A stretch of DNA of 64,000 nt from Mangrovibacterium sp. (lineage in GTDB: Bacteria; Bacteroidota; Bacteroidia; Bacteroidales; Prolixibacteraceae): positions 31,967 to 95,966 of the forward strand of contig JBFXGM010000012.1 of NCBI GenBank assembly GCA_050178015.1, written 5' to 3'. Positions 34,804 through 45,045 of this stretch are shown here, piece after piece; the stretch's first letter is position 1, and the number at the start of each line of letters is the position of its first letter. The translations under genes and the position numbers were made by a program. Under the pieces are notes generated by a model, which saw only the letters and a program-made list of their open reading frames with translations, did not search any database and was not told the DNA's origin.

Positions 34804-37515
34804 TTATTGGGCATCCTGTGCTTTCGGGTGGTCTTCCGGGAAATATTCACCAACCAGCTCAAGCAGCTGAATGGCATTCAATCCCCACTGAGCGGTATTG
34901 TTTGTCGAAACGCCTTCCACCTCATACACCGGCTCCAGGGTTTTGGCGCTGTCAAACAGTTTCGTATTGAAGTGGGTCCCACTTCGCAGGAATTCGTCCC
35001 AAGCCCGTTCGGCCCAGGCCTTTTCTCCGCTTCGGTTGGCATAATAGGCCGGCAAGCGGGAATACCAATGTCCTGGATTCCCGAGTTGCTCTGCCAGGCC
35101 AAACTCCGTTTCTACGCTATCTTTCGGGGCACCGTAAAGCCGGGTAAACTGGTCCCACAGGCGGGTCCATTCGGGTTCGTCCAATAGTTCGGTCAGCTCG
35201 TAAGCCACCTCGGGGCCTCCCATCAGCACCGAAAGATGGGAGAAACCGATATCTTCTTTATTCAGTTGAAAAAGTTCGTGTGATGTTGGATCGTAGCCCA
35301 TCGCGGCGCCTTTCCCGGAGAAAAGCCCGTAGGGCATGTTCGCCAGACTTTTCACACCCATCATGATTTTATCGCGCCATTTGTTATCCCCGGTTCGTTC
35401 CCATTCGGTCATCCAGTTGCCGGCCAAAGCCAGCCAGTCGGGCCCCATCCGGGCATGAGTGGGATATTCACTTTTATCGAGAATCAACCGCAGTGGGTCA
35501 AGTTCGCCAATGGCCCGGTTGGATGCTTCGGCAGAGGCGCGCATCAGGTCGCCGGTTCGTTCGTCGGTGGTCAGGTAATAATAGAAGCGCCCCAAGGCAG
35601 CCTGAGCAATACGCACTTCTTTGGAGCCGCAGCCCCAGTGCCGCACATTATGGCGGGAACCCAGTCCTTCAAACTGCCCCAAGTGATACACATCCACTTC
35701 GCCGGTGTGGCGGGTCATGGCTTCGGCCATGCGGAAAATGTCTTCACGGCCGCTGCGCAAAAAGCTGTACCACAGCCAGAGGTTGGGCATCAACTCGGTA
35801 TTGTCCCAGGCATAGCCGCCAATATCGTATCGCCAAACGTGCCGTTCGGGATCGTAAGCGTGCATCACATCGCCAAAATCCCAGAAGCCATACCAACGCC
35901 GTTGTTCCACTTCCAATTGGTAGTAGCTGAAGGCTTTATCAAGTTGGTCTTCCAGCCAACGTTTTCCGGGTGTACTTCGGTCGGGTAAGCTCCAGATGCC
36001 AAAGGCCGACACCTGGTGCAGATATTCCGGGCTGGCTGTCAGCAAAGGCGGATGGTTGGCCTGGCGGGCAACTTCATTCAGTGTTTCGGATGAAGGAACC
36101 TCCGGGCTTGCAAACAGCAACAGCTCGGTTGTTCGCCCAACACCGGTAGCCGTGCTGAAACCCGGCTGCACATCCTCGTAACTGGCGTCCAGGTTGTGTC
36201 CCCAGGGGATGGTGTCGTAATGGCGCATATCCATGGCCGGAGCATCGGGCGACCACATCCAGGCCAGTATTTTCGCCGTATCGCTGCGGGCATTTTTCAC
36301 TTCGAGGGATGAGGGGTACGATTGCCAGAAATCGCGCATGCAAACAGCCAACCCACCCGATACATCACCCGCGAAAGCCAACCCCTGAGAACGTTTCCCG
36401 GCGCCTGCATCAATCCAGACACTTTGCGGGTTGGTGCGTTTTTGAACGGTAAAACCGTCCGAGTTCAGCTGGTTAAGTTTGAAATCGGCCCACGACGCCC
36501 AGTGATGCAGCAGGAATTGCTGATTTTCGACAAAGGATTCCTTTTCCGGGATACGTTCACCCCGAAGCTGTTTTTCGTAATAATTCTCGGCACGTGACAA
36601 GGGAACTCGCCCGGTGAGCGGCTGTACCGGCTCATCCCACAAACGGTTTTCTTCGCCCGAGAAACGAATGTGCCGGTTATACAGTTGTTCATCCATCGGA
36701 ACATCAAAACTTACTCCGAGACCGCGAATAAAATCCTGCTCCTGATCGCCGTCATAGATGATCGTATGGATCATTTTTACGGTTGGCTGGCCGGCATAAA
36801 AATACAGGCGCACCACAAAAGGCAGCCAGCTCCGCTTGCCCGACACTGATTGGTGGCACCCTTCCACTTTAATAACAGCCCGAACCGGCCCGGATTGTTC
36901 AACGGTCAGCTTGTCGATATTTCCCAAAAACTTTTCAATAAAAGGTTGTTGCCCATCATCCGCAGCAGGACCCTGTTGCAGCAGGCACACCAATTCGCCA
37001 CCTGTAGATACCTCCTTCCCGGCCATACGCAATGAGCCAATCAGTTTATTTCCGGAACGCGGAAGGACGCAATCCAACCCAGCGGTATTCACCCGAACAA
37101 ATTCATCTTTTTCCTCTACCACAAGCGTTTTGCCTGCGACAATTGGCTGAGCTTTTTCCACAACTTCCAGTGCGAAGTCATTGGCCGAACCGGCATCAAC
37201 CACCGTACTGAGCCCGACCCACTTCAACGATCCGTCGGGCCAGTAGGCCAAAGGCCAGCTTTGCAGTGGCAAAGATTCTCCGATACTATCGCGCAGAAGA
37301 AAGAATTGTGATGGTTGAACTTCTCCTTCAGCAAAAGGTACCCCCCAGCTTATCCCCGCAGAAATTTGAGGAGCATGATTCCCCATCCAATTAAGCTGAA
37401 TGGATTGGCCTTGAGCCATGACTGATGAAATAGCCAGCAGCGTAAACAACAAAATGACCGGCATGCTGTGCCAGCAATCATGTGATCCGGAAGAATGTTC
37501 TGTGGAATCGTTCAT
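34804..37515 (-). CDS. Exo-rhamnogalacturonan lyase family protein (PL26/YetA-like)
   Basis: GISWGVPF, WPLAYWPDGSLKW, WYGFWDFGDVMH, WRYDIGGYAWDNTE, AMTRHTGEVD, GSRHNVRHWG. Confidence 0.8.
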   Translation of the reverse strand: MNDSTEHSSGSHDCWHSMPVILLFTLLAISSVMAQGQSIQLNWMGNHAPQISAGISWGVPFAEGEVQPSQFFLLRDSIGESLPLQSWPLAYWPDGSLKWVGLSTVVDAGSANDFALEVVEKAQPIVAGKTLVVEEKDEFVRVNTAGLDCVLPRSGNKLIGSLRMAGKEVSTGGELVCLLQQGPAADDGQQPFIEKFLGNIDKLTVEQSGPVRAVIKVEGCHQSVSGKRSWLPFVVRLYFYAGQPTVKMIHTIIYDGDQEQDFIRGLGVSFDVPMDEQLYNRHIRFSGEENRLWDEPVQPLTGRVPLSRAENYYEKQLRGERIPEKESFVENQQFLLHHWASWADFKLNQLNSDGFTVQKRTNPQSVWIDAGAGKRSQGLAFAGDVSGGLAVCMRDFWQSYPSSLEVKNARSDTAKILAWMWSPDAPAMDMRHYDTIPWGHNLDASYEDVQPGFSTATGVGRTTELLLFASPEVPSSETLNEVARQANHPPLLTASPEYLHQVSAFGIWSLPDRSTPGKRWLEDQLDKAFSYYQLEVEQRRWYGFWDFGDVMHAYDPERHVWRYDIGGYAWDNTELMPNLWLWYSFLRSGREDIFRMAEAMTRHTGEVDVYHLGQFEGLGSRHNVRHWGCGSKEVRIAQAALGRFYYYLTTDERTGDLMRASAEASNRAIGELDPLRLILDKSEYPTHARMGPDWLALAGNWMTEWERTGDNKWRDKIMMGVKSLANMPYGLFSGKGAAMGYDPTSHELFQLNKEDIGFSHLSVLMGGPEVAYELTELLDEPEWTRLWDQFTRLYGAPKDSVETEFGLAEQLGNPGHWYSRLPAYYANRSGEKAWAERAWDEFLRSGTHFNTKLFDSAKTLEPVYEVEGVSTNNTAQWGLNAIQLLELVGEYFPEDHPKAQDAQ

Positions 37516-37567
37516 TTTATTGGTTTTTTAGTAAGTGAGTCAAGAAAAGTAAAAATAACATTTCCAG

Positions 37568-38866
37568 CTAGGGCAGCAAAGGAATCAGCATGATATCGCT
37601 ATCGGTCAGCAAGCTCGAGTTAATCAACACCCACTTTCCATCGGGGCTGATTGAAGGGTGCAAATGCGCTTCTTTGGTAAACGGACTGATGCTTTGCAGC
37701 CGGTGTCCTTGCGTGAGCAAAACCACCTCTTCGGGATTGGTCGCGCTGATGCGGTAGAGTTTGCCGTCGAAGGTATCGGCAACAATGTATTTCTGATCTG
37801 GCGAAGCATTGCAGTGCCAGTACCCGCCACCTCCGGTTTGCCCGTGAAAGGTCAATTCGTTGGTTCGTACATTCAGCGAATACAAACCGGTTTGATTGAC
37901 TTGCAAGCGGTCGAGATGTCCCATCAGATGAAAAAGAATCCGGTCGGGGCCCATAAACACTTCGTGGGTTACCCAGTCATTATCGCGCTCCTGATAAACC
38001 GGACGGTTGGTGACCGTCCCATCGGCATTAACCGAAAGGTACCACATCCGTTGCGGCGAATCGCCACCCGTTTCCCAGCAATACATCATCTCGCCCGACA
38101 CATACGGATTGGCTTGCAAATGGCCAATCCAAACGGGGACTTCCAGTAATTGGGTTGTTTTACCGGTTTCGAAGTCGAAACTGTAAATAGCCGATAAATC
38201 TTTTTCCAGCCGGGACGAGAAGAAAACACGTTTCTCATTGGCATCCAGGCCCAAACCGGAAGGACGTATCGAGTCCGGAATGTTCCCCAAAATCACCTCA
38301 TAATCATCCGGCTCGCCTACTTTCCCCTGTTCACTGTCGCGAAGCAGCTCATCGAGCTTCAATTCCACGACCTGATTCTCCCGCAGCAGATAAGCCGAAT
38401 TCTTATGCCATCCCAGATGAAGGTTGTGTCCGCGATCGCCGGTCGTAATCTGGACAATCTCGAAATTTTCCATCGACAGCGCGTAGGCCTGTCCGCCACC
38501 GCGTTCTTGCCGCGCGGTACGATTGGAGGTAAAAACAACATATCTCCCATCCGGGGTCCATTGCGGATGAGTTTGGTACATTTTGGAACTACTGTGCCGC
38601 GAAGTGGTCAGCGCATTCACCGTCACTCCCGTAACCGGATCAACAAAAGTGTAATTCTCGGCCGGGAAACGCTGCCCGAACACATCTTCACCAGCCATGT
38701 CAAAGGTGTGATACACCTGCCGTAAATGACTGTAATCCACTCCTTCGAGGATTTGGGCAAAGCCCATCGAACTACCCAACGAAAAAGCAATCATTAGCAG
38801 AAAAAAACGCTTGAAAAACGAAAGGTTTAGAGGAAACGCAAGGCGGTATTTGAAATTGTAATTCAT
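37568..38866 (-). CDS. Oligogalacturonate lyase-like beta-propeller (PL22-like), exported
   Basis: YQTHPQWTPDG, WIGHLQ, VTHEVF, YWHCN, HLHPSISPDG; signal peptide ending GFA-Q. Confidence 0.75.
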   Translation of the reverse strand: MNYNFKYRLAFPLNLSFFKRFFLLMIAFSLGSSMGFAQILEGVDYSHLRQVYHTFDMAGEDVFGQRFPAENYTFVDPVTGVTVNALTTSRHSSSKMYQTHPQWTPDGRYVVFTSNRTARQERGGGQAYALSMENFEIVQITTGDRGHNLHLGWHKNSAYLLRENQVVELKLDELLRDSEQGKVGEPDDYEVILGNIPDSIRPSGLGLDANEKRVFFSSRLEKDLSAIYSFDFETGKTTQLLEVPVWIGHLQANPYVSGEMMYCWETGGDSPQRMWYLSVNADGTVTNRPVYQERDNDWVTHEVFMGPDRILFHLMGHLDRLQVNQTGLYSLNVRTNELTFHGQTGGGGYWHCNASPDQKYIVADTFDGKLYRISATNPEEVVLLTQGHRLQSISPFTKEAHLHPSISPDGKWVLINSSLLTDSDIMLIPLLP

Positions 38867-38973
38867 AAGAAATTGGTTTAAGTTAGGGAAAGATAACAAA
38901 CTAAAAAGAGGTAACCAATCCGGCCGTTCAAAAGAACAGTCGGATTGGAATACCAATAATAAAAATGCGCTGA

Positions 38974-40548
38974 TTAATTATAACCCGTGTTTTGAGTCAG
39001 GTTCGGATTGGCATCCAGTGCTGTTTGCGGAATGGGATACAGGTTACGGAAGCTTTCCGAAACGGCTTTAAACTCCCAGGCCGAGGTGAACTTACCAAAG
39101 CGAATCAAGTCGCGGCGGCGCGACATTTCGAAAGTCAGCTCCCGGCCACGTTCGTCCAAAATGTCCTCCAATGTAACGGCACTAAGCGTACTGGCATTGC
39201 TGCGTTCGCGAATAAGGTTGACCAGTGGCAAAGCCAAGTCGAACTGTCCTTTGCGGGCATAAGCTTCGGCCTTCAACAAAAATATTTCAGCATAGCGCAG
39301 GAAGGCGATGTCGTTGCCGGCATTTCCCCCATTGGTATTTGGGTCAATACCCCATTTGATCCATTTGATACCGGCATTCATCGGTTGACTGCGAATACCG
39401 GTTGCCGGAATGATTTCGTACGGCACCGGACCTTGCGTAGATTTTCCTTCAACATACAGGGCCGAGTTTCCATCCGGCACCACCCGTTCTACCATCACCA
39501 CCTGTCCGTTGCGAGGATCAATCAACGGTCCGTGCCCAAAGAACATTTTCTTCCGGAGATCCTGATCTTCAAACAAATTCATAACCGATTCGCGGGTCTG
39601 GAAGCCGTTTTGAGGCGTGTAGGGCAAACCGAACAAGCCGCCACTGATACCCGGCAGCACTTTCTGCACCAGCGGATGCCCCACTCCACCGGCAATGGTT
39701 GGGGTGTAAACTCCGCCAAAAATGAATTCGGCATTCCCTTCATTATTGTACACAAAGTTGTCGAAGTAATTATCCAGCAATTCAAAAGCTCCGGAAGCAA
39801 TTACCTGATCGCAATACGAGATTACTTCGTCATGATAAGCCGTTCCGGTGTAAACTTCGGCATTTATGTAAACCGTTGCCAGCAACCCATAGACAGCTTC
39901 GCGAGTAATACGACCGTAATACTCGTTTCCGACATTTGCCTGCGACGGTAGGTCCGGTGCAGCTGCTTCCAATTCTGCGACAATGAAATCGAAGACTTCA
40001 GCCCGCGTACTTTGCTGCGGCAAATCGTTGGCATCCACTTTCGCACCGGTGAAAACCGGTACATTGCCAAACAAGTCCATCAAGAAAAAATAGGCATACG
40101 CACGCAGAGCACGCAATTCGGCTTTTGGGCCTTCCAGGCCCTCAATACCTGAGTTTTCCAATGAAGCCAACAACGCATTGGTCCGCCCGACGGTCCCAAA
40201 AAACGAGTTCCAGGCTGAGGACAAATAAGAGTGGTCGGCATCCCATTTGTGCTCGGTAATTTGCTCAAAGGCATCGCCCGACCACCAGCCCTGGATTTTT
40301 CCGGTCACCAACACCTGGTCGGCCGACATTTCCATAATCCGGTATTCAGTCCCCATGCCGGTAATGGTCGCAAAGTTCCGGTAAATCCCCGACAGGGAAG
40401 AAAGTACCTGGGCCTCGCCCTGGTAATACGTTTCGGCCACATACTCCGAATAGACATCTTCATCCAGCGTACAACCGGGCATCAGGTTTATCGACAAAGC
40501 CAATAAAAGCGCCAGATATGTTTTATATGTTTTGATCATTCTCTTCAT
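38974..40548 (-). CDS. susD: SusD/RagB family lipoprotein (cassette 1)
   Basis: Lipobox MPG-C; ELRALRAYAYF, LRYAEIFLLKAEA, ERGRELTFE..RRRDLIRFG, NPNLTQNTGY. Confidence 0.93.
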   Translation of the reverse strand: MKRMIKTYKTYLALLLALSINLMPGCTLDEDVYSEYVAETYYQGEAQVLSSLSGIYRNFATITGMGTEYRIMEMSADQVLVTGKIQGWWSGDAFEQITEHKWDADHSYLSSAWNSFFGTVGRTNALLASLENSGIEGLEGPKAELRALRAYAYFFLMDLFGNVPVFTGAKVDANDLPQQSTRAEVFDFIVAELEAAAPDLPSQANVGNEYYGRITREAVYGLLATVYINAEVYTGTAYHDEVISYCDQVIASGAFELLDNYFDNFVYNNEGNAEFIFGGVYTPTIAGGVGHPLVQKVLPGISGGLFGLPYTPQNGFQTRESVMNLFEDQDLRKKMFFGHGPLIDPRNGQVVMVERVVPDGNSALYVEGKSTQGPVPYEIIPATGIRSQPMNAGIKWIKWGIDPNTNGGNAGNDIAFLRYAEIFLLKAEAYARKGQFDLALPLVNLIRERSNASTLSAVTLEDILDERGRELTFEMSRRRDLIRFGKFTSAWEFKAVSESFRNLYPIPQTALDANPNLTQNTGYN

Positions 40549-40579
40549 ATCGTATTATTGTTAAAAGTTGACATCTTAT

Positions 40580-43500
40580 CTAAAACGTAATATTTGCGCC
40601 CAGCATGAATACTTGTGGCCGTGGATACACCAGGTAATCAATCCCGATTGGGGCTGTTCCGCCACGGTTGGTATTGGTGCGCACTTCCGGGTCAAAGCCG
40701 GAATAATTGGAAATGACAAACAGATTCTGTCCGGAAACATATACACGGGCTTTGGATAAGAAAGAGACCTTATTGGTATTAAACGTATAACCAACACTCA
40801 GATTATCGAGGCGCAGGTAGCTACCGTCTTCAATCCACCGGGATGAGTACTGTGCACCTTGTTCGTGAGAAACGCCACTCTCAACGGCATATTTTAATAC
40901 ATTGACACCCGGGGTGGGTTTGGTGTATGAAAATTCGGCAGCAGTATTGTTAAAAATATCATTGCCAACTACACCACGAAATGAAACAGAAGCATCAAAA
41001 CGTTTCCAAAATACCGAACTTGAAAAGCCGAAAGTGAAGTCAGGATTAGCGTTGCCGATCACCACATCGTCCGGCCCGGCAACACCGTCTTCGTCCATCA
41101 ATATTTCCATACCGTTTTCATCCAAGCCTAAGAATTTAGGACCGTAGAATGTGCCAATAGGCAGTCCTGGTTTAATAATTTGCGCGCTGCCGTCGTGATT
41201 CAGCAAGCCGGAAGCCGGAGCCGTATCGATCACCTCTCTCGAGAATTGAGAATTGGATAATGAGATGACTTCGTTAACGTTCCGTGCAAAGTTTAGGCTC
41301 GCCTTCCACTGAAAATCATTCTTGCTGATTAACGTACCATTCAGCGCAAACTCAAAGCCTTTATTTTCAACTTCACCCACATTGGCCCACTGGCTGTTCA
41401 CCACCGATGGTGCGACAGTGGAGAATTGCAGCAACAAATCATTGGTATTTTTCTTATACAGATCGATGGTACCCGAGAAACGGCCATCAAGCAACTCCCA
41501 ATCTAACCCCAAATTAAGCTGGGTCGTTTCTTCCCATTTCAAATCGGGGTTGGCATAATTACTGGGCAGAACACTCGGAATGGCGACGCCCCCCAATACA
41601 TAAACCGACGAACCGCTAACGGTTAATTGCTCACGGTACAGGTTATTCGGGATTTCCTGGTTACCGGTAACCCCAAATCCCAAACGCAATTTCAGGTTGG
41701 TCACTTTCGTGTTGTTGAAGAATGGCTCATCAGCAATATTCCAGGCAAAAGCTCCCGAGGGGAACAAACCCCAGCGATAATTATCGCCAAACCGGCTCGA
41801 TCCGTCATTCCTCAAGGTGAAGGTAAACAGGTAGCGATCTTTCAGTTTCAGGTTCATCCTTCCATAAACCGAACTTAGCCGGTTTGCACTTTTATAAGAT
41901 GTGTTGGACAGAATATTTCCCGATTGCATCAGGTTCCAGGTAGTAGCATCCGAAACAAATTTGTTGGCCAGAGTGAAGGTATTTTGGGTTACATACCGGT
42001 AGAACGAGTACCCCACCAACGCGCTGAAACTGGTATTTTCGTTAAAGTCTTTCGCATAATTCAAGTTGGTTTCCATCGTCGAGCTGTAGTTTTTCAGCTT
42101 ACTGATGGAAGCCCGTCCTTTTTCGGCGGCAGCTACCGGATGGGTAGATGGGATATGGATGTACCGTTCCATCGCTTCATCGGTGTGCCCAACATTGACC
42201 GATACGCTCAGCGGATCGATAATCTTGTACGAGAAAGAAGCGCTTCCAATAAAGTTGTCGGTATGGCTCTCATCGGTCACCTCTTTCCACGAAACCGGGT
42301 TTACCCGCAGTTCGCCCAACTGGTAATAACTGCCATCGGCATTATATACCGGCAATGTTGGCGCCCAGCGCAAAGCATCTTTCAAAATATTACCCCCTTC
42401 GTTGGCTACGTTCGACGACACAGGAACATCATCATTGTCAATCTTCGCATAAGTCAGGTTAACGGCTATGTTCAGTTTTCCATCGAAAGCCTTATGGTTG
42501 GCATTCAGGCGGGTGGTGTATTTTTCCAGTTTCGACGAAAGAATAATACCTTCCTGGCTACTGTAGCCCATCGAAGCACGATAGTTGCTGTTGGCCGATC
42601 CGCCACCAAAAGCCAGGTTGTGGTTCTGGCTGAGTGCCGAACGGAAAATAGCATCCTGCCAATCGGTATTGGCGCCTTCATCCGGATAAGGATAGCTATT
42701 GTCTTCGGCATAATCGCGGTATTCGTCAGCTGTCAGAAAATCCATCTTTTTCCGTATAGAAGACAAGCCGAAATAGGTGTCATACGAGATCGACTCGCCA
42801 AATTCTTTTTTACTTTTGGTGGTAATCAGGATTACCCCGTTGGCGCCACGCGAACCATAGATAGCTGTGGCCGAAGCATCCTTCAAAATGTCGATCGACT
42901 CGATATCCGCCGGGTTCAACGTACTTAAGGGGTTCGAACCCTCCGATGAGAATGGTGATGTTCCGCTTTCACCCGACACATTCACGTACAGGTTGGCCGA
43001 GTTAAATTGCATCGGAATGCCATCAATCACATACAGGGGATCGTTTCCGGCAGAAATGGAGCTGGTACCCCGAATGCGCACGGTAGAGGTTGCCCCCGGG
43101 CGACCGCTGCTTTGTACAATATCCACACCGGCAATCTTACCCTGAATCAGCTGTTCCGGGGCTGCTGTAATTGCAAGGTTAAAATCTTCACTTTTGATGG
43201 ACGACATGGCACCGGTTACATCGCGTTTTTTCACGACACCATAACCAATCGCCACCACTTCATCCAAACCAATCGTTTCCTCCTCCAGGACAACATCAAT
43301 GGTGGTTTTGCCGGCCACAAAATTTTCCTGCAATTTCATGCCCACAAAACTGAAAACAAGCGTGCCATCCCCGGGAACATTGGTCAGGTTGTACCGGCCT
43401 TCCGAATCGGTAATGGTACCGATGGTTGTGCCCTTCACGACAACCGTAACTCCCGGTAACGGGAAGCCTGTAGCATCAGTTACCTTACCCGACACGGTTT

Positions 43501-43894
43501 GCTGTTGCTGAACCTGGCGTACCGCATTTTTTTCGGTGATCACCACATTCTTGCCCACAAATTCAAATTCATATCCATTAGGGATCAACACTTGCTGGAG
43601 AATGTTTTCGACAGTGGCATTGGTAACCGACAGAGTGATATTCCGACGGTCGGTCAACAAATTACTGGGGACTAAAAAACCTATATTCATTTGCTTTTCA
43701 ATCACCTCGAACACTTCAGTCAAGCTGGCATTCTGGAACGACAGGGATAGTTTTGCCGATTGGGAACTCACGGTTTTTGCGTTTGTCACAAACGCAGAGA
43801 CCAACATCAGGAATAAGATTAATCGCATCATAAGACCGAGTTTTTTCAAGTAATAACGGGCTAGAAACCCGCTGGATACAGATTTTTTTTTCAT
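40580..43894 (-). CDS. susC: SusC/RagA TonB-dependent transporter with N-terminal STN signalling domain (cassette 1)
   Basis: STN domain, CarboxypepD_reg-like domain, plug NDPLYVIDG, DIESIDILKDASATAIYGSRGANGVI, C-terminal F. Confidence 0.95.
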   Translation of the reverse strand: MKKKSVSSGFLARYYLKKLGLMMRLILFLMLVSAFVTNAKTVSSQSAKLSLSFQNASLTEVFEVIEKQMNIGFLVPSNLLTDRRNITLSVTNATVENILQQVLIPNGYEFEFVGKNVVITEKNAVRQVQQQQTVSGKVTDATGFPLPGVTVVVKGTTIGTITDSEGRYNLTNVPGDGTLVFSFVGMKLQENFVAGKTTIDVVLEEETIGLDEVVAIGYGVVKKRDVTGAMSSIKSEDFNLAITAAPEQLIQGKIAGVDIVQSSGRPGATSTVRIRGTSSISAGNDPLYVIDGIPMQFNSANLYVNVSGESGTSPFSSEGSNPLSTLNPADIESIDILKDASATAIYGSRGANGVILITTKSKKEFGESISYDTYFGLSSIRKKMDFLTADEYRDYAEDNSYPYPDEGANTDWQDAIFRSALSQNHNLAFGGGSANSNYRASMGYSSQEGIILSSKLEKYTTRLNANHKAFDGKLNIAVNLTYAKIDNDDVPVSSNVANEGGNILKDALRWAPTLPVYNADGSYYQLGELRVNPVSWKEVTDESHTDNFIGSASFSYKIIDPLSVSVNVGHTDEAMERYIHIPSTHPVAAAEKGRASISKLKNYSSTMETNLNYAKDFNENTSFSALVGYSFYRYVTQNTFTLANKFVSDATTWNLMQSGNILSNTSYKSANRLSSVYGRMNLKLKDRYLFTFTLRNDGSSRFGDNYRWGLFPSGAFAWNIADEPFFNNTKVTNLKLRLGFGVTGNQEIPNNLYREQLTVSGSSVYVLGGVAIPSVLPSNYANPDLKWEETTQLNLGLDWELLDGRFSGTIDLYKKNTNDLLLQFSTVAPSVVNSQWANVGEVENKGFEFALNGTLISKNDFQWKASLNFARNVNEVISLSNSQFSREVIDTAPASGLLNHDGSAQIIKPGLPIGTFYGPKFLGLDENGMEILMDEDGVAGPDDVVIGNANPDFTFGFSSSVFWKRFDASVSFRGVVGNDIFNNTAAEFSYTKPTPGVNVLKYAVESGVSHEQGAQYSSRWIEDGSYLRLDNLSVGYTFNTNKVSFLSKARVYVSGQNLFVISNYSGFDPEVRTNTNRGGTAPIGIDYLVYPRPQVFMLGANITF

Positions 43895-43980
43895 AAGTTT
43901 GTACTGTTATTATTATTACTATTTGGGATTGGTAGTCCCTTATATTCGCGGGCAATATTGGTAGTATTGCCCGTTTTTTA
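43894..43980 (+). ncRNA. Putative antisense sRNA unit 1 (DonS-like): promoter plus ~70-nt RNA plus terminator
   Basis: TAAGTTTG at 43894-43901 overlaps the susC ATG; hairpin CGGGCAATA/TATTGCCCG (43949-43973) then T6 ending at the fecR stop. Confidence 0.65.
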
Positions 43981-44973
43981 TTCCAAATAAATCAGATCCG
44001 GCTCGGGGAAACGTTCAAGTCGTTCCACCTTCATCGGGATCGAAATTTTCAACATGGTAATCACATCTCCTATCGAAGTTTCATAGTGAAAAGTCCCGGA
44101 AAACCGGAAATTGTCCACCAACACCTGATTTTTGTAAATGAATTTCACATGGTAAATTTCCTCCAGCCTCCGGGTAATCTCGCCCAGGGTGGCGTTGCGG
44201 AAGATTACTTTCCCATCTTTCCATGCCGTATATAAGTCAGTATTGACCTGGGTCACCTTCACCTTACTGGTTTCGGAATTCAGTTCCAGCATCTGATCAG
44301 GCTCGAGCAGGTATTTCTCTCCGGCTCGGGTTGTAAACTCCACTTTCCCTTCCACCAATGTTGTTTGGGTAATTGCAGAAAGTTGCTTTGCACACACATT
44401 AAAGCTAGTTCCCAGCACCTTAATTTCTGCCTCACGGGTAAGTACGGTAAACGGGCTGTTAGCATCGCGGGTGACCTCGAAGTAAGCCTCGCCATCCAGG
44501 GTGACCTGCCGGTGTTTTTTGTTGAAACGCGAATCGTATTGCAGGTTTGTTCCCGGGCGAAGGTACACCAGGGTTTGGTCGGGCAAGGTAACCAGCGAAT
44601 TATTCAGCCGGTTGGCCGATACGCTGAATACTTCGCCTTCCGGATTCATCGTTCCTTGGTAATAAGCGCGGGCTCCCCACCAGCCAACATTCAACAAGAT
44701 GATAATAGCCGCGGCGTAACGTAAAAATGCTTTCATGTTTAATCTCCTGGCTTTTCCAACCGTCTGCCGTTCATGGATCCGGTTCCAGGTGTCTTCCAGT
44801 TTGATGCCGGGCTGCTTTTGTTCCAGCTGTCCGGTCCACAGCCAGATTTTCAGGTAATCGGTAAGTGTTTGCTTGTTGGGCGCTTCTGCCATCCAGTCAT
44901 CCAGTTCCCTGAGTTCATCGGCACTGGCCTTTTGATGGAAGTAGCGGTTTATGAGTTGTTCAATGCGGTTCAT
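43978..44973 (-). CDS. FecR family anti-sigma factor (cassette 1)
   Basis: VTLPDQTLVYL, VTLDGEAYFEV, IKVLGTSFNV, WKDG; start set at MNRIEQ. Confidence 0.92.
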   Translation of the reverse strand: MNRIEQLINRYFHQKASADELRELDDWMAEAPNKQTLTDYLKIWLWTGQLEQKQPGIKLEDTWNRIHERQTVGKARRLNMKAFLRYAAAIIILLNVGWWGARAYYQGTMNPEGEVFSVSANRLNNSLVTLPDQTLVYLRPGTNLQYDSRFNKKHRQVTLDGEAYFEVTRDANSPFTVLTREAEIKVLGTSFNVCAKQLSAITQTTLVEGKVEFTTRAGEKYLLEPDQMLELNSETSKVKVTQVNTDLYTAWKDGKVIFRNATLGEITRRLEEIYHVKFIYKNQVLVDNFRFSGTFHYETSIGDVITMLKISIPMKVERLERFPEPDLIYLE

Positions 44974-44990
44974 GTTATCCGTGTTTGTGC

Positions 44991-45022
44991 ATAAAAACAC
45001 ACAAACCGAACAAAACCCTATA
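44991..45022 (-). promoter_or_regulatory. Putative ECF-sigma promoter upstream of fecR1
   Basis: ATAGG-N18-GTTTTTAT on the minus strand; same geometry as elements before fecR2 and fecR3. Confidence 0.35.
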
Positions 45023-45045
45023 TCCAAGTTGAAAAAAAAATGAAA

